Made by a program: the position numbers and the translations under genes. Below are positions 1-11,551 of a stretch of DNA of 64,000 bases, piece after piece (position 1 is the stretch's first letter; each line of letters starts with the position of its first letter). The DNA comes from Eledone cirrhosa. Its lineage: Eukaryota. The notes beneath the pieces were generated by a model. It did not search any database. It saw only the letters and a list, made by a program, of their open reading frames with translations, and had not been told where the DNA came from. Where the stretch lies: contig OZ024751.1 of NCBI GenBank assembly GCA_964016885.1, forward strand, positions 35,092,001 to 35,156,000, read 5' to 3'.

Positions 1-73
1 CCCGGTCTGAGAATTGAACTCACAACCTTTCGATTGCCAGGCCAATGCTCGAACCACTAAGCCATGTGCCTCC
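1..73 (-). mobile_element. tRNA-derived SINE head (runs off window edge)
   Basis: Minus strand GGAGGCACATGGCTTAGTGG (A box) ... GAGTTCAATTC (B box). Confidence 0.85.
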
Positions 74-572
74 ATATACATATACATATACATACACATA
101 CATATACATATACATACATATATATATACATACATAGATATATACACATACATACATACATACACATACATACACATATACATACATATATATACATACA
201 TACACATACATAGATATATATATATAAATATACATACATACACATACATAAGCATATACACATAAGTATATATACATATACACACGTATATATACATATA
301 CATACATACATATATACACATACATACATATATACATAAATACACACATATACATACACATACATACATATACATACATATACACATACATACATATATA
401 TATATATACGTACACACACATATATACATACACACACATATATACAAACACATACATATACACATATATACACATACATACACATACATATACATACATA
501 TACACATATACACTCATATATACATATACATACATACACACACATACATACATATATACATATACATACATA
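74..572. repeat. (CATA)n/(TA)n/(CA)n compound microsatellite; homologues at ~6027-6500, 11907-12403, 27611-28082, 36597-37346, 47030-47826
   Basis: Direct reading; source of the YIHT/MYVC pseudo-ORFs. Confidence 0.98.
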
Positions 573-1120
573 AAGACAAATCCACCTCATGGACGAGAAT
601 GCAAGGGCTCCTCCTCTTTGTTTCGGCCGCGGATGGCTAACCCTAACCCCATCCCCCCTCCCCACCGCTCCCAACCTCCAAACGCAATCCAAAACTTCAG
701 AGTTGGTACCATTAATGTAGGCACCTTATAGGGTGGCTCTAACGAGGTTGTAGAAATGCTTGAACGTAAGGAGGTCGATGTTTGTTGTATTCAAGAGACC
801 AGGTGGAGGGGTGGGTCTGCTAGATTCATCGTGGGTAAAGAACGATGCTATAAGCTTTTCTGTGTGGCAAATGACAATGGGCTGGGTATACACATACCAC
901 CCCACCGCCCCACCGCAAAGTGGTCGTGGAGGGGCCGCGGCCAAAAAGCACCCAGCCCACACTGTAAAGCTGACGTGGAGGTGCCACGGAAAAAAAAAAG
1001 CACCCAGCACTCACTGCAAACGGGGTTGGCGTCAGGAAGGGCACCCAGCTGTAGAAACCAATCCAGAATCAGCTCCCACCCCACCCTTGCAAGCATGGAA
1101 AAGCGGACGTATGATGAAGT

Positions 1121-1123
<3 letters not shown>
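570..1123 (+). mobile_element. Internally deleted (bipartite) RTE derivative: RTE 5' end and endonuclease start fused to an RTE/SINE-type 3' tail; also ~6498-7051, 12401-12954, 22372-22714, 28080-28640
   Basis: From ATG 633: MANPNP...FRVGTINVGTL*...[13 protein letters not shown] (APE N-terminus, matches 47826-48143), joined at ~887 to a 3' UTR like that at 28850-28990(-) and ending AAAAGCGGACGTATGATG. Confidence 0.85.
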
Positions 1124-1179
<56 letters not shown>

Positions 1180-1698
1180 TATATATATACACATATATAT
1201 ATACACACATATATATCAGTGTACATATATATATACATATATATATATATATAAATGAATATTTATTCAATTTAAAGCGCCAATTATCTATATATAACAA
1301 GATATGAATTTTTCTAGGGATGGGGAAATTTTCAGTTTGTTTTTATATTTTCACTTCATTTTTTACTTTCTATTTAATACAGTCTTTGATCCAATATAAT
1401 CCTGACAGTATTTGAACCAGTTTACCTCATATATATGTATGCACACACAACACTCAAGTTTCGCCATCTACTGCTATTTCATTCATATTTATTGTTTAAT
1501 TAACTCTGGTCTAATTCATCAACTATTGTTAATTATATTATTACGTAGATTTCTTATAAAATCTAGTGCATATATACGTGTATATATACAGGGAGACACT
1601 GTAATAGATGTAAAGAGAGTGGGAGATAGAGTTATAGAAGTAAAGAGAGGGGGAGAAATAAGCGGTAGATAGAGTAATAGATGTAAAGAGAGGGTTAG

Positions 1699-1874
1699 AA
1701 CGTTCAACTTGACAGTCAGTACAATGTTCAGCATGGTAGCCAGTACATATGCCAACTACCCAACCGGCCAGCCAGCCGCATATGCGGTTGACTGGCCAGT
1801 TGGGCGGTTGGTATGTGGAACGTTCAACTACGCAGTCAGTACCAAAGTTCAACATTGTAGCCAGTGCATATGCC
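1699..1874. repeat. ~55-bp direct repeats (1699-1753, 1819-1874) flanking a 70-nt imperfect palindrome (1747-1816); present in all five units
   Basis: AACGTTCAAC...CAGT(A/G)CATATGCC twice, 120 bp apart; palindrome arms 28/35 complementary around CCGCATATGCGG. Confidence 0.9.
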
Positions 1875-1920
1875 GATCGCCGCGCCCTCTTTGCTCTATT
1901 TTAATGACCTGGAACTAAGT

Positions 1921-2033
1921 AAAAAGAGTAGGAGATAACTCGACAAGAGCGGAGAGGGTGAGATTCGAACCATGTAAAGTCGTTGGCTCCTGAAGTTCGT
2001 AAGCGGGGCTGCTACTGACTGAGCAGCGCCGGC
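1921..2033 (-). ncRNA. tRNA-like putative Pol III unit (degenerate tRNA, SINE head or small ncRNA), copy 1
   Basis: GCCGGCGCTGCTCAGTCAGTAGCAGC (A-box-like), GGTTCGAATCT B box at 1961-1971, T5 at 1921-1925; no complete cloverleaf. Confidence 0.5.
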
Positions 2034-2335
2034 AGCAAGGCAAATCGCGCATAAAATAACGCTTATATCGACAAAAAAAAAAAAAAATTTCAATGTTGCA
2101 CTCTTGTTTGTTGTTCTTTTATTTTACGTAAACATTTCGCTGCTCTAGCCTCTTATTTCCTATTAGATTACACTTAATTCCATTAAACATTCATTCTTAG
2201 TCTCGTGGTAAACTATTTCATCTATATTTATATCGCTGTTACAGCCTTTTATTTCTACATCTATCACCTATAGCCACTGTTACGCCGGTAGTATAAGTAG
2301 CTTTATAACAAGAAACGATGATATAACTCCACAAA

Positions 2336-2385
2336 ATGTCTTCTTCAGCAAGACACTTCACTTCATATTGCTCCAGTACACCGAG
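2336..2385 (+). mobile_element. CORE-SINE fragment (present in each unit)
   Basis: TGTCTTCTTCAGCAAGACACTTCACTTCATATTGCTCCAGT resembles the core of the SINE at 5672-6026. Confidence 0.6.
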
Positions 2386-2817
2386 TTACACATAGACAGA
2401 TACATACATACATACACAGATAGAAATGAGAGGTAGATAGAGTAAAAGATTTAAAGAGAGTGTGAGAAGTACGAGTTAGATAGTGTAAAAGATTTAAAGA
2501 GAGGGTGAGAGTGTGACACACATTTATCTGTCTATCTCTCTCTATTTTAACACCGGTCGTTATAATTAGTTTTATAACACCGCTATATTACCGACATGAA
2601 AGAGGTAAATAATTATTTCTTAAATGTTTAGAACATGTTTCTCTTGTCTTCTTAAATGTATAGAACATGTTTCTTATTTATATTCTTAACATAGCTAGGA
2701 CCTTATCTCATTTACTGGTCTCTACTTTTAGGACTTTGCTGGTCCCATGTGCCCTCCATAAAGGCACTCTAGTCCCTTCTCTGAGGCCCCGTACTAATTA
2801 CTACACATACGTATATA

Positions 2818-5030
2818 TATTTATTTTAAGAAACCTTAATGACAAATAATATAAAGTGTTTGTAAAGTGGGGAAGAGTAGTTTTACGGTGGGGTTGTTAT
2901 ATAGATATCGTTTTTGCAGTGGGGTCGTGACTGGCGTATAATAATGAGTCACTGTTGATGTATATACAAATCATGTTTTGGATATAAGTGAAGTTATTTA
3001 AGAGATTTAGTTGTTTTGTATACATTCATAACGGTACGCGATGGGACCCGCCCACAACCCCGGCGGACAGAATGGAGAAGGCGTTTCCCCGGAGCACCGC
3101 AAGGGAGACGCGCTGGAAAAGCCACTCCAACTCGCGGGGCTCACACCTGCGGCTGGCCAGCTCAGCGCCTATGGTGGTGAGTAAGGAGGTAGCCCTGGGG
3201 CCGAGGACACCAGAAGTCTCCACTTCCAGGGGTACGACCGCAAACCTGTCGGAGAGTGAACGATATGTGAGGAGTTTGGCCCCCTCAGCCTGACGTGCAG
3301 CAGAACCTGGGCCAGTCGCAGACTGCACCAGGTTGCGGCTGCAGAAAGTGTCGGTGCAAGTGGCATCCCAGACGAGGGGTTTGCCACCGCGGAACGGGAA
3401 GATGGTCATGCCATCTAGCCTTTTGCCGTCCCCTCGAGCTGGGAAGGGAAGCCTGCAGCGTCCAAGCCATGCTTAATGACTTCGTTGAGGGCAGCATGGC
3501 GTGGATTGCGGCTGGCACTGTGGCGACAGGAAAGCGGGTGGAGGCCGAAAGAGTCCATGGTGGAACGGCAGCGACATTGGTGTGAGGCCGAGCCTCAGGG
3601 AAACGCCGATGCGCAAGCTATTGTTGTCTAGCTGCGTGCGAGTGGAGAAGGAGGGCAGGGCATGGAGCCAGGCCCCACTGTGGGGTTTGGAGGCTGCACG
3701 AAAACAAACAAGGCGGTGCTGGTCGAGCTGGCGCATGAGCCTGTCTGAGGCCAGGCTGCACTGGATGGCATCCCAAGTGTGTTGGGGGGGACCTGACGTC
3801 AACAGGGGGAGAAGGAGGAGGAACGTCTACTGGGCTAAGTCCCAGCCGGTCCCACGTCTCACAGGCGGCCACGCGTTCTCTGAACACAGAGGGTTCTGTT
3901 GTGTTTTGAAGAACCCTGCTGAGGAGGACGTGGTACGAGGTTACCGACGAAAGATATGCCGGCAAAGCTAGTGAGATCGGGGACTGGAGGCGAAGGCCGC
4001 CATACCTGACAGGTAAAGTTGCATATCTCATCGGCTGCTGCTCGGATACAAGTTTAGGTGTAGCACAGAGTGTATAGAGGAGCTTCGGCATGGCGTAGCA
4101 GTTCCTCAGCAGAAAGAGAACTGGGTGGCCATCAATCAAGCCCAGTCGGCTCGTGAGAGTCTGGACTTGATGGAGGAGCGGATGGCCGGCGGGTGGATCG
4201 GTGAGGGCATCCTCTTTGGGGGGGTCACCTGAACCTGGCGGAGAATGGACCGCACGTCCAAGACGGAGACTGCAAAGCTTGCAGCATCGAGGCTGACATT
4301 CACCACCTCCGACTTGGCTGAGTTGACCTGGAGGTCGATTCCCGCCAGGGCAGGAACCACCGATTGAAGGTCATGGCAGACCGCCTGTACGGGCCCACCC
4401 AAAGTAGCATCATCCAGATACCAAACGTTGAGAGGGGCCGTTATACTCCAGGCGATGTGGTCAATACCAAGGGTGAACAGGAGGGGTCCCAAAGGGTTGC
4501 CCTGTTGGATCCCAGTAGCCAAGGGTATGACCGTATCAGCAGCATGGCGCATGCTTGGGGCTCCATATGACAGGTAGGCAGAGGGGGCTCGGCTGAGGCA
4601 GGCCTCGAGCAGATGATCCCAGCGTAAAGAGTTGAAGGCATTCCTCATGTCAAACTTGACAATGAGGTGGCTGGAGGCCCTGGATGCCAGTTCCGAGTGT
4701 TACGGACTTGCAGATTACCTTGGCAGCCAGCCTCCGGAAGACATTGCCCACAGCAATGGGGCGTATGCCATCCTCTTTCTTCCTGAGAGCGGTGAGGCTG
4801 GCCGAAAAAAAGAGGCCTCGAGCATAAGAGTCCAGGGCGCCATGGATGAGCCTATTGGTGAGCGCCACAATTGCACTCAGAAGGCGGCGCCCGGCCTCAG
4901 CGGAGAGGGGAGATATCAACTCCTTGAGGAGGCCTGGTCAGAGACCATCAACATCTCCGCAGCTGCTAGCTGGGAAGGACTTGATGGCGGACATGATGTC
5001 TGCATCAGAAGCCACAAGGAGCAAGTGTGG
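2818..5030 (-). mobile_element. CRE-clade non-LTR retrotransposon, 5'-truncated and frameshifted (RT + zinc knuckle + restriction-like endonuclease), copy 1
   Basis: AIKSFPASSCGDVDGL, RKKEDGIRPIAVGNVFRRLAAK, GIQQGNPLGPLLF, WYLDDATLGG, HPLSC...RHAALNE, DG.T..P..GKPLVWDATC...VETSG...QRVSLAVLRGNA; AATAAA and (TA)n at the 3' end (~2820, boundary approximate). Confidence 0.9.
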
Positions 5031-5124
5031 ATTACAATACAAAACCTCTGAGAATGATTTCTAAGATATTTCACCATAATTAATTTTCATCAATATATAT
5101 TAATATTATTATTGTTTATTAGGT

Positions 5125-5410
5125 CAGGTGGATTGGCCAGAACAATTCTACTCTTCTTTTTTAGATGTCACGATTTTTCATGGCATTCCTGAGATCATTA
5201 ATCTCCAGCTGGAGATCCAGAGACATCTGATGTATGTAGGTGAACCTCAGTCATCCCACTTGGGTCTTACTATGTTTAGGTATCCACCACAGGAGCCAGC
5301 TCATCAGGTCATCCTACCCTCAGCAGCAATGTCCAGCATCTATTGATTTCCGCTCCCTAGTTATTGTGGTAATCTTCGATATCTGGGAATATATTTCTTC
5401 TGCTTAAGGG
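5125..5410 (-). mobile_element. Old LINE (RTE-group) C-terminal remnant; present in every unit
   Basis: Minus translation KITTITRERKSIDAGHC...LMSWLLWWIPKH...TYIHQMSLDL...LRNAMKNRDI resembles the 'FAGHC..R..LLLW.P.HG.R..GRP..TYID.L...AM.DR..W' LINE C-terminus. Confidence 0.6.
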
Positions 5411-5477
5411 AGTAATAAATATATAGTTTTAAAAAAAACATATATATACACACACATATATATATGTTGTCATTTAT

Positions 5478-5622
5478 AAGAGTTCTCTATCAAAAGCCTT
5501 CTCTATGTCCAAAGCTAAGTATAGTGGCTTATTTTTCTCTAAGAACCTCTTTTGTAGTTGTCTCACTAAGAAGAGGGCATCTGTTGCACTTTTCAGCGGC
5601 ACAAAACCAAACTGCATCTCAT
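5478..5622 (-). mobile_element. RTE reverse transcriptase fragment; present in every unit
   Basis: EMQFGFVPLKSATDALFLVRQLQKRFLEKNKPLYLALDIEKAFDR. Confidence 0.9.
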
Positions 5623-5671
5623 ACACATACATACATATACATACATACATACATATACACATACATACATA

Positions 5672-6026
5672 CATCATCATCATCATCATCATCATCATTT
5701 CGTTTTAAGTCCGCTTTTTCCCTGCTTGCAAGGGTGGGACGGGAACTGATTCTGGCTTGATTTCTACAGCTGGATGCCCTTCCTAACACCAACCTCATTT
5801 ACAGTGAGTGCTGAGTGCTGTTTTGCCGTGGCACCTCCACGACCACTTTGCAGTGGAATGATATGGACCCCAGTCCCTATCATCTCATTTCTACAGCTGA
5901 GTAAACTGGAGCAATGTGAAATAAAGTGTCTTGCTCAAGGAAACAACACATCACCCGGTCTGAGAATTGAACTCACAACCTTTCGATTGCCAGGCCAATG
6001 CTCGAACCACTAAGCCATGTACCTAC
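5672..6026 (-). mobile_element. tRNA-derived CORE-type SINE with RTE-shared 3' tail and (GAT)n end
   Basis: A/B boxes; core TCCTTGAGCAAGACACTTTATTTCAC...CAGCTGTAGAAATG resembles the MIR/CORE domain; tail GGTTGGTGTTAGGAAGGGCATCCAGCTGTAGAAA...AAGCGGAC...(GAT)n. Confidence 0.88.
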
Positions 6027-7048
6027 ATATACATATACATACACATACATATACATACATATATATATACATACATACATATATACACATACATACATAC
6101 ACATACATACACATATACATACATATATATACATACATACACATACATAGATATATATATATACATAATATAAATATACATACATACACATACATAAGCA
6201 TATACACATAAGTATATATACATATACACACGTATATATACATATACATACATACATATATACACATACATACATATATACATACATATATACATATACA
6301 CATACATACATATACATACATACATATATATATATACATACACACACATATATACATACACACACATATATACAAACACATACATATACACATATATACA
6401 CATACATACACATACATATACATACATATACACATATACACTCATATATACATATACATACATACACACACATACATACATATATACATATACATACATA
6501 AAGACAAATCCACCTCATGGACGAGAATGCAAGGGCTCCTCCTCTTTGTTTCGGCCGCGGATGGCTAACCCTAACCCCATCCCCGCTCCCCACCGCTCCC
6601 AACCTCCAAACGCAATCCAAAACTTCAGAGTTGGTACCATTAATGTAGGCACCTTATAGGGTGGCTCTAACGAGGTTGTAGAAATGCTTGAACGTAAGGA
6701 GGTCGATGTTTGTTGTATTCAAGAGACCAGGTGGAGGGGTGGGTCTGCTAGATTCATCGTGGGTAAAGAACGATGCTATAAGCTTTTCTGTGTGGCAAAT
6801 GACAATGGGCTGGGTATACACATACCACCCCACCGCCCCACCGCAAAGTGGTCGTGGAGGGGCCGCGGCCAAAAAGCACCCAGCCCACACTGTAAAGCTG
6901 ACGTGGAGGTGCCACGGAAAAAAAAAAGCACCCAGCACTCACTGCAAACGGGGTTGGCGTCAGGAAGGGCACCCAGCTGTAGAAACCAATCCAGAATCAG
7001 CTCCCACCCCACCCTTGCAAGCATGGAAAAGCGGACGTATGATGAAGT

Positions 7049-7101
<53 letters not shown>

Positions 7102-7842
7102 TATATATATACACATATATATATACACACATATATATCAGTGTACATATATATATACATATATATATATATATAAATGAATATTTATTCAATTTAAAGC
7201 GCCAATTATCTATATATAACAAGATATGAATTTTTCTAGGGATGGGGAAATTTTCAGTTTGTTTTTATATTTTCACTTCATTTTTTACTTTCTATTTAAT
7301 ACAGTCTTTGATCCAATATAATCCTGACAGTATTTGAACCAGTTTACCTCATATATATGTATGCACACACAACACTCAAGTTTCGCCATCTACTGCTATT
7401 TCATTCATATTTATTGTTTAATTAACTCTGGTCTAATTCATCAACTATTGTTAATTATATTATTACGTAGATTTCTTATAAAATCTAGTGCATATATACG
7501 TGTATATATACAGGGAGACACTGTAATAGATGTAAAGAGAGTGGGAGATAGAGTTATAGAAGTAAAGAGAGGGGGAGAACTAAACGGTAGATAGAGTAAT
7601 AGATGTAAAGAGAGGGTTAGAACGTTCAACTTGACAGTCAGTACAATGTTCAGCATGGTAGCCAGTACATATGCCAACTACCCAACCGGCCAGCCAGCCG
7701 CATATGCGGTTGACTGGCCAGTGGGGCGGGTGGTATGTGGAACGTTCAACTACGCAGTCAGTACCAAAGTTCAACATTGTAGCCAGTGCATATGCCGATC
7801 GCCGCGCCCTCTTTGCTCTATTTTAATGACCTGGAACTAAGT

Positions 7843-7955
7843 AAAAAGAGTAGGAGATAACTCGACAAGAGCGGAGAGGGTGAGATTCGAACCATGTAAA
7901 GTCGTTGGCTCCTGAAGTTCGTAAGCGGGGCTGCTACTGACTGAGCAGCGCCGGC
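7843..7955 (-). ncRNA. tRNA-like putative Pol III unit, copy 2
   Basis: Same sequence as 1921-2033. Confidence 0.5.
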
Positions 7956-8742
7956 AGCAAGGCAAATCGCGCATAAAATAACGCTTATATCGACAAAAAA
8001 AAAAAAAAAATTTCAATGTTGCACTCTTGTTTGTTGTTCTTTTATTTTACGTAAACATTTCGCTGCTCTAGCCTCTTATTTCCTATTAGATTACACTTAA
8101 TTCCATTAAACATTCATTCTTAGTCTCGTGGTAAACTATTTCATCTATATTTATATCGCTGTTACAGCCTTTTATTTCTACATCTATCACCTATAGCCAC
8201 TGTTACGCCGGTAGTATAAGTAGCTTTATAACAAGAAACGATGATATAACTCCACAAAATGTCTTCTTGAGCAAGACACTTCACTTCATATTGCTCCAGT
8301 ACACCGAGTTACACATAGACAGATACATACATACATACACAGATAGAAATGAGAGGTAGATAGAGTAAAAGATTTAAAGAGAGTGTGAGAAGTACGAGTT
8401 AGATAGTGTAAAAGATTTAAAGAGAGGGTGAGAGTGTGACACACATTTATCTGTCTATCTCTCTCTATTTTAACACCGGTCGTTATAATTAGTTTTATAA
8501 CACCGCTATATTACCGACATGAAAGAGGTAAATAATTATTTCTTAAATGTTTAGAACATGTTTCTCTTGTCTTCTTAAATGTATAGAACATGTTTCTTAT
8601 TTATATTCTTAACATAGCTAGGACCTTATCTCATTTACTGGTCTCTACTTTTAGGGCTTTGCTGGTCCCATGTGCCCTCCATGAAGACACACTCGCCCCT
8701 TCTCTCTCAGTCTCCGTACTAATTACTACACATACGTATATA

Positions 8743-10914
8743 TATTTATTTTAAGAAACCTTAATGACAAATAATATAAAGTGTTTGTAAAGTGGGGAAG
8801 AGTAGTTTTACGGTGGGGTTGTTATATAGATATCGTTTTTGCAGTGGGGTCGTGACTGGCGTATAATAATGAGTCACTGTTGATGTATATACAAATCATG
8901 TTTTGAATATAAGTGAAGTTATTTAAGAGATTTAGTTGTTTTGTATACATTCATAACGGTACGCGATGGGACCCACCCACAGCCCCGGCGGACAGAATGG
9001 AGAAGGCGTTTCCCCGGAGCACGGCAAGGGAGACGCGCTGGAAAAGCCACTCCAACTCGCGGGGCTCACACCTGCGGCTGGCCAGCTCAGCGCCTATGGT
9101 GGTGAGTAAGGAGGTAGCCCTGGGGCCGAGGACACCAGAAGTCTCCACTTCCAGGGGTACGACCGCAAACCTGTCGGAGAGTGAACGATATGTGAGGAGT
9201 TTGGCCCCCTCAGCCTGACGTGCAGCAGAACCTGGGCCAGTCGCAGACTGCACCAGGTTGCGGCTGCAGAAAGTGTCGGTGCAAGTGGCATCCCAGACGA
9301 GGGGTTTGCCACCGCGGAACGGGAAGATGGTCATGCCATCTAGCCTTTTGCCGTCCCCTCGAGCTGGGAAGGGAAGCCTGCAGCGTCCAAGCCATGCTTA
9401 ATGACTTCGTTGAGGGCAGCATGGCGTGGATTGCGGGTGGAGACCGAAAGAGTCCATGGTGGAACGGCAGCGACATTGGTGTGAGGCCGAGCCTCAGGGA
9501 AACGCCGATGCGCAAGCTATTGTTGTCTAGCTGCGTGCGAGTGGAGAAGGAGGGCAGGGCATGGAGCCAGGCCCCACTGTGGGGTTTGGAGGCTGCACGA
9601 AAACAAACAAGGCGGTGCTGGTCGAGCTGGCACGTGAGCCTGTCTGAGGCCAGGCTGCACTGGATGGCATCCCAAGTGTGTTGGGGGGGACTTGACGTCA
9701 ACAGGGGGAGAAGGAGGAGGAACGTCTACTTGGCTAAGTCCCAGCCGGTGCCACGTCTCACAGGCGGCCACGCGTTCTCTGAACACAGAGGGTTCTGTTG
9801 TGTTTTGAAGAACCCTGCTGAAGAGGACGTGGTACGAGGTTACCGACGAAAGATATGCCGGCAAAGCTAGTGAGATCGGGGACTGGAGGCGAAGGCCGCC
9901 ATACCTGACAGGTAAAGTTGCATATCTCATCGGCTGCTGCTCGGATACAAGTTTAGGTGTAGCACAGAGTGTATAGAGGAGCTTCGGCATGGCGTAGCAG
10001 TTCCTCAGCAGAAAGAGAACTGGGTGGCCATCAATCAAGCCCAGTCGGCTCGTGAGAGTCTGGACTTGATGGAGGAGCGGATGGCCGGCGGGTGGATCGG
10101 TGAGGGGGTCACCTGAACCTGGCGGAGAATGGACCGCACGTCCAAGACGGAGACTGCAAAGCTTGCAGTATCGAGGCTGACATTCACCACCTCCGACTTG
10201 GCTGAGTTGACCTGGAGGTCGATTCCCGCCAGGGCAGGAACCACCGATTGAAGGTCATGGCAGATCGCCTGTACGGGCCCACCCAAAGTAGCATCATCCA
10301 GATACCAAACGTTGAGAGGGGCCGTTATACTCCAGGCGATGTGGTCAATACCAAGGGTGAACAGGAGGGGTCCCAAAGGGTTGCCCTGTTGGATCCCAGT
10401 AGCCAAGGGTATGACCGTATCAGCAGCATGGCGCATGCTTGGGGCTCCATATGACAGGTAGGCAGAGGGGGCTCGGCTGAGGCAGGCCTCGAGCAGATGA
10501 TCCCAGCGTAAAGAGTTGAAGGCATTCCTCATGTCAAACTTGACAATGAGGTGGCTGGAGTCCCTGGATGCCGGTTCCGAGTGTTACGGACTTGCAGATT
10601 ACCTTGGCAGCCAGCCTCCGGAAGACATTGCCCACAGCAATGGGGCGTATGCCATCCTCTTTCTTCCTGAGAGCGGTGAGGCTGGCCGAAAAAAAGAGGC
10701 CTCGAGCATAAGAGTCCAGGGCGCCATGGATGAGCCTATTGGTGAGCGCCACAATTGCACTCAGAAGGCGGCGCCCGGCCTCAGCGGAGAGGGGAGATAT
10801 CAACTCCTTGAGGAGGCCTGGTCAGAGACCATCAACATCTCCGCAGCTGCTAGCTGGGAAGGACCTGATGGCGGACATGATGTCTGCATCAGAAGCCACA
10901 AGGAGCAAGTGTGG
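8743..10914 (-). mobile_element. CRE-clade retrotransposon remnant, copy 2
   Basis: ORFs 8951-9334, 10035-10532, 10534-10803. Confidence 0.9.
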
Positions 10915-11551
10915 ATTACAATACAAAACCTCTGAGAATGATTTCTAAGATATTTCACCATAATTAATTTTCATCAATATATATTAATATTATTATTGTT
11001 TATTAGGTCAGGTGGATTGGCCAGAACAATTTTACTCTTCTTTTTTAGATGTCACGATTTTTCATGGCATTCCTGAGATCATTAATCTCCAGCTGGAGAT
11101 CCAGAGACATCTGATGTATGTAGGTGAACCTCAGTCATCCCACTTGGCTCTTACTATGTTTAGGTATCAACCACAGGAGCCAGCTCATCAGGTCATCCTA
11201 CCCTCAGCAGCAATGTCCAGCATCTATTGATTTCCGCTCCCTAGTTATTGTGGTAATCTTCGATATCTGGGAATATATTTCTGCTGCTTAAGGGAGTAAT
11301 AAATATATAGTTTTAAAAAAAACATATATATACACACACATATATATATGTTGTCATTTATAAGAGCTCTCTATCAAAAGCCTTCTCTATGTCCAAAGCT
11401 AAGTATAGTGGCTTATTTTTCTCTAAGAACCTCTTTTGTAGTTGTCTCACTAAGAAGAGGGCATCTGTTGCACTTTTCAGCGGCACAAAACCAAACTGCA
11501 TCTCATACACATACATACATATACATACATACATATACACATACATACATA

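Larger units (their letters stand above)
1..5953. repeat. ~5.9-kb composite tandem unit, copy 1
   Basis: Anchor CCCGGTCTGAGAATTGAAC recurs at 1, 5954, 11834, 27538 and 36524; the ORF track repeats near-identically at these offsets. Confidence 0.97.

Noticed and set aside
575-650. HDV-like ribozyme at the RTE 5' end (ATGGCTAA resembles J4/2) and telomeric AACCCTAACCC
   Set aside because: Could not build P1/P2/P3; ATG 633 is in frame with the endonuclease and the hexamers encode NPNP
14-692. Long YIHT/MYVC-rich ORFs (also 5967-6620, 11831-12523, 27535-28202, 36521-37406, 46954-47895)
   Set aside because: Stop-free translations of (CATA)n/(TA)n microsatellites, open on both strands
1945-2033. 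Functional tRNA (Arg-ACG, Leu/Ser or Sec)
   Set aside because: Acceptor and anticodon stems do not pair; the CTTCA motif is not in a proper loop and varies among copies
2690-2795. HDV, twister or hammerhead ribozyme (TGGTCCCA motif)
   Set aside because: No room for P3/L3 and no CUGANGA/GAAA core; kept only as a generic structured patch
1255-2815. SL RNA, snRNA, 5S or histone gene as the CRE target
   Set aside because: No recognisable Sm-site/donor arrangement, 5S sequence or histone ORF
3295-5064. Plus-strand ORFs of up to 216 aa in the GC-rich block (this and other copies)
   Set aside because: Antisense shadows of the CRE ORF, with lengths changing according to indels among copies
5128-5346. 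Repeated host exon (72-aa plus ORF after an AG acceptor-like site)
   Set aside because: The minus strand is a decayed LINE C-terminus, and the ORF is broken by a stop in copy 5
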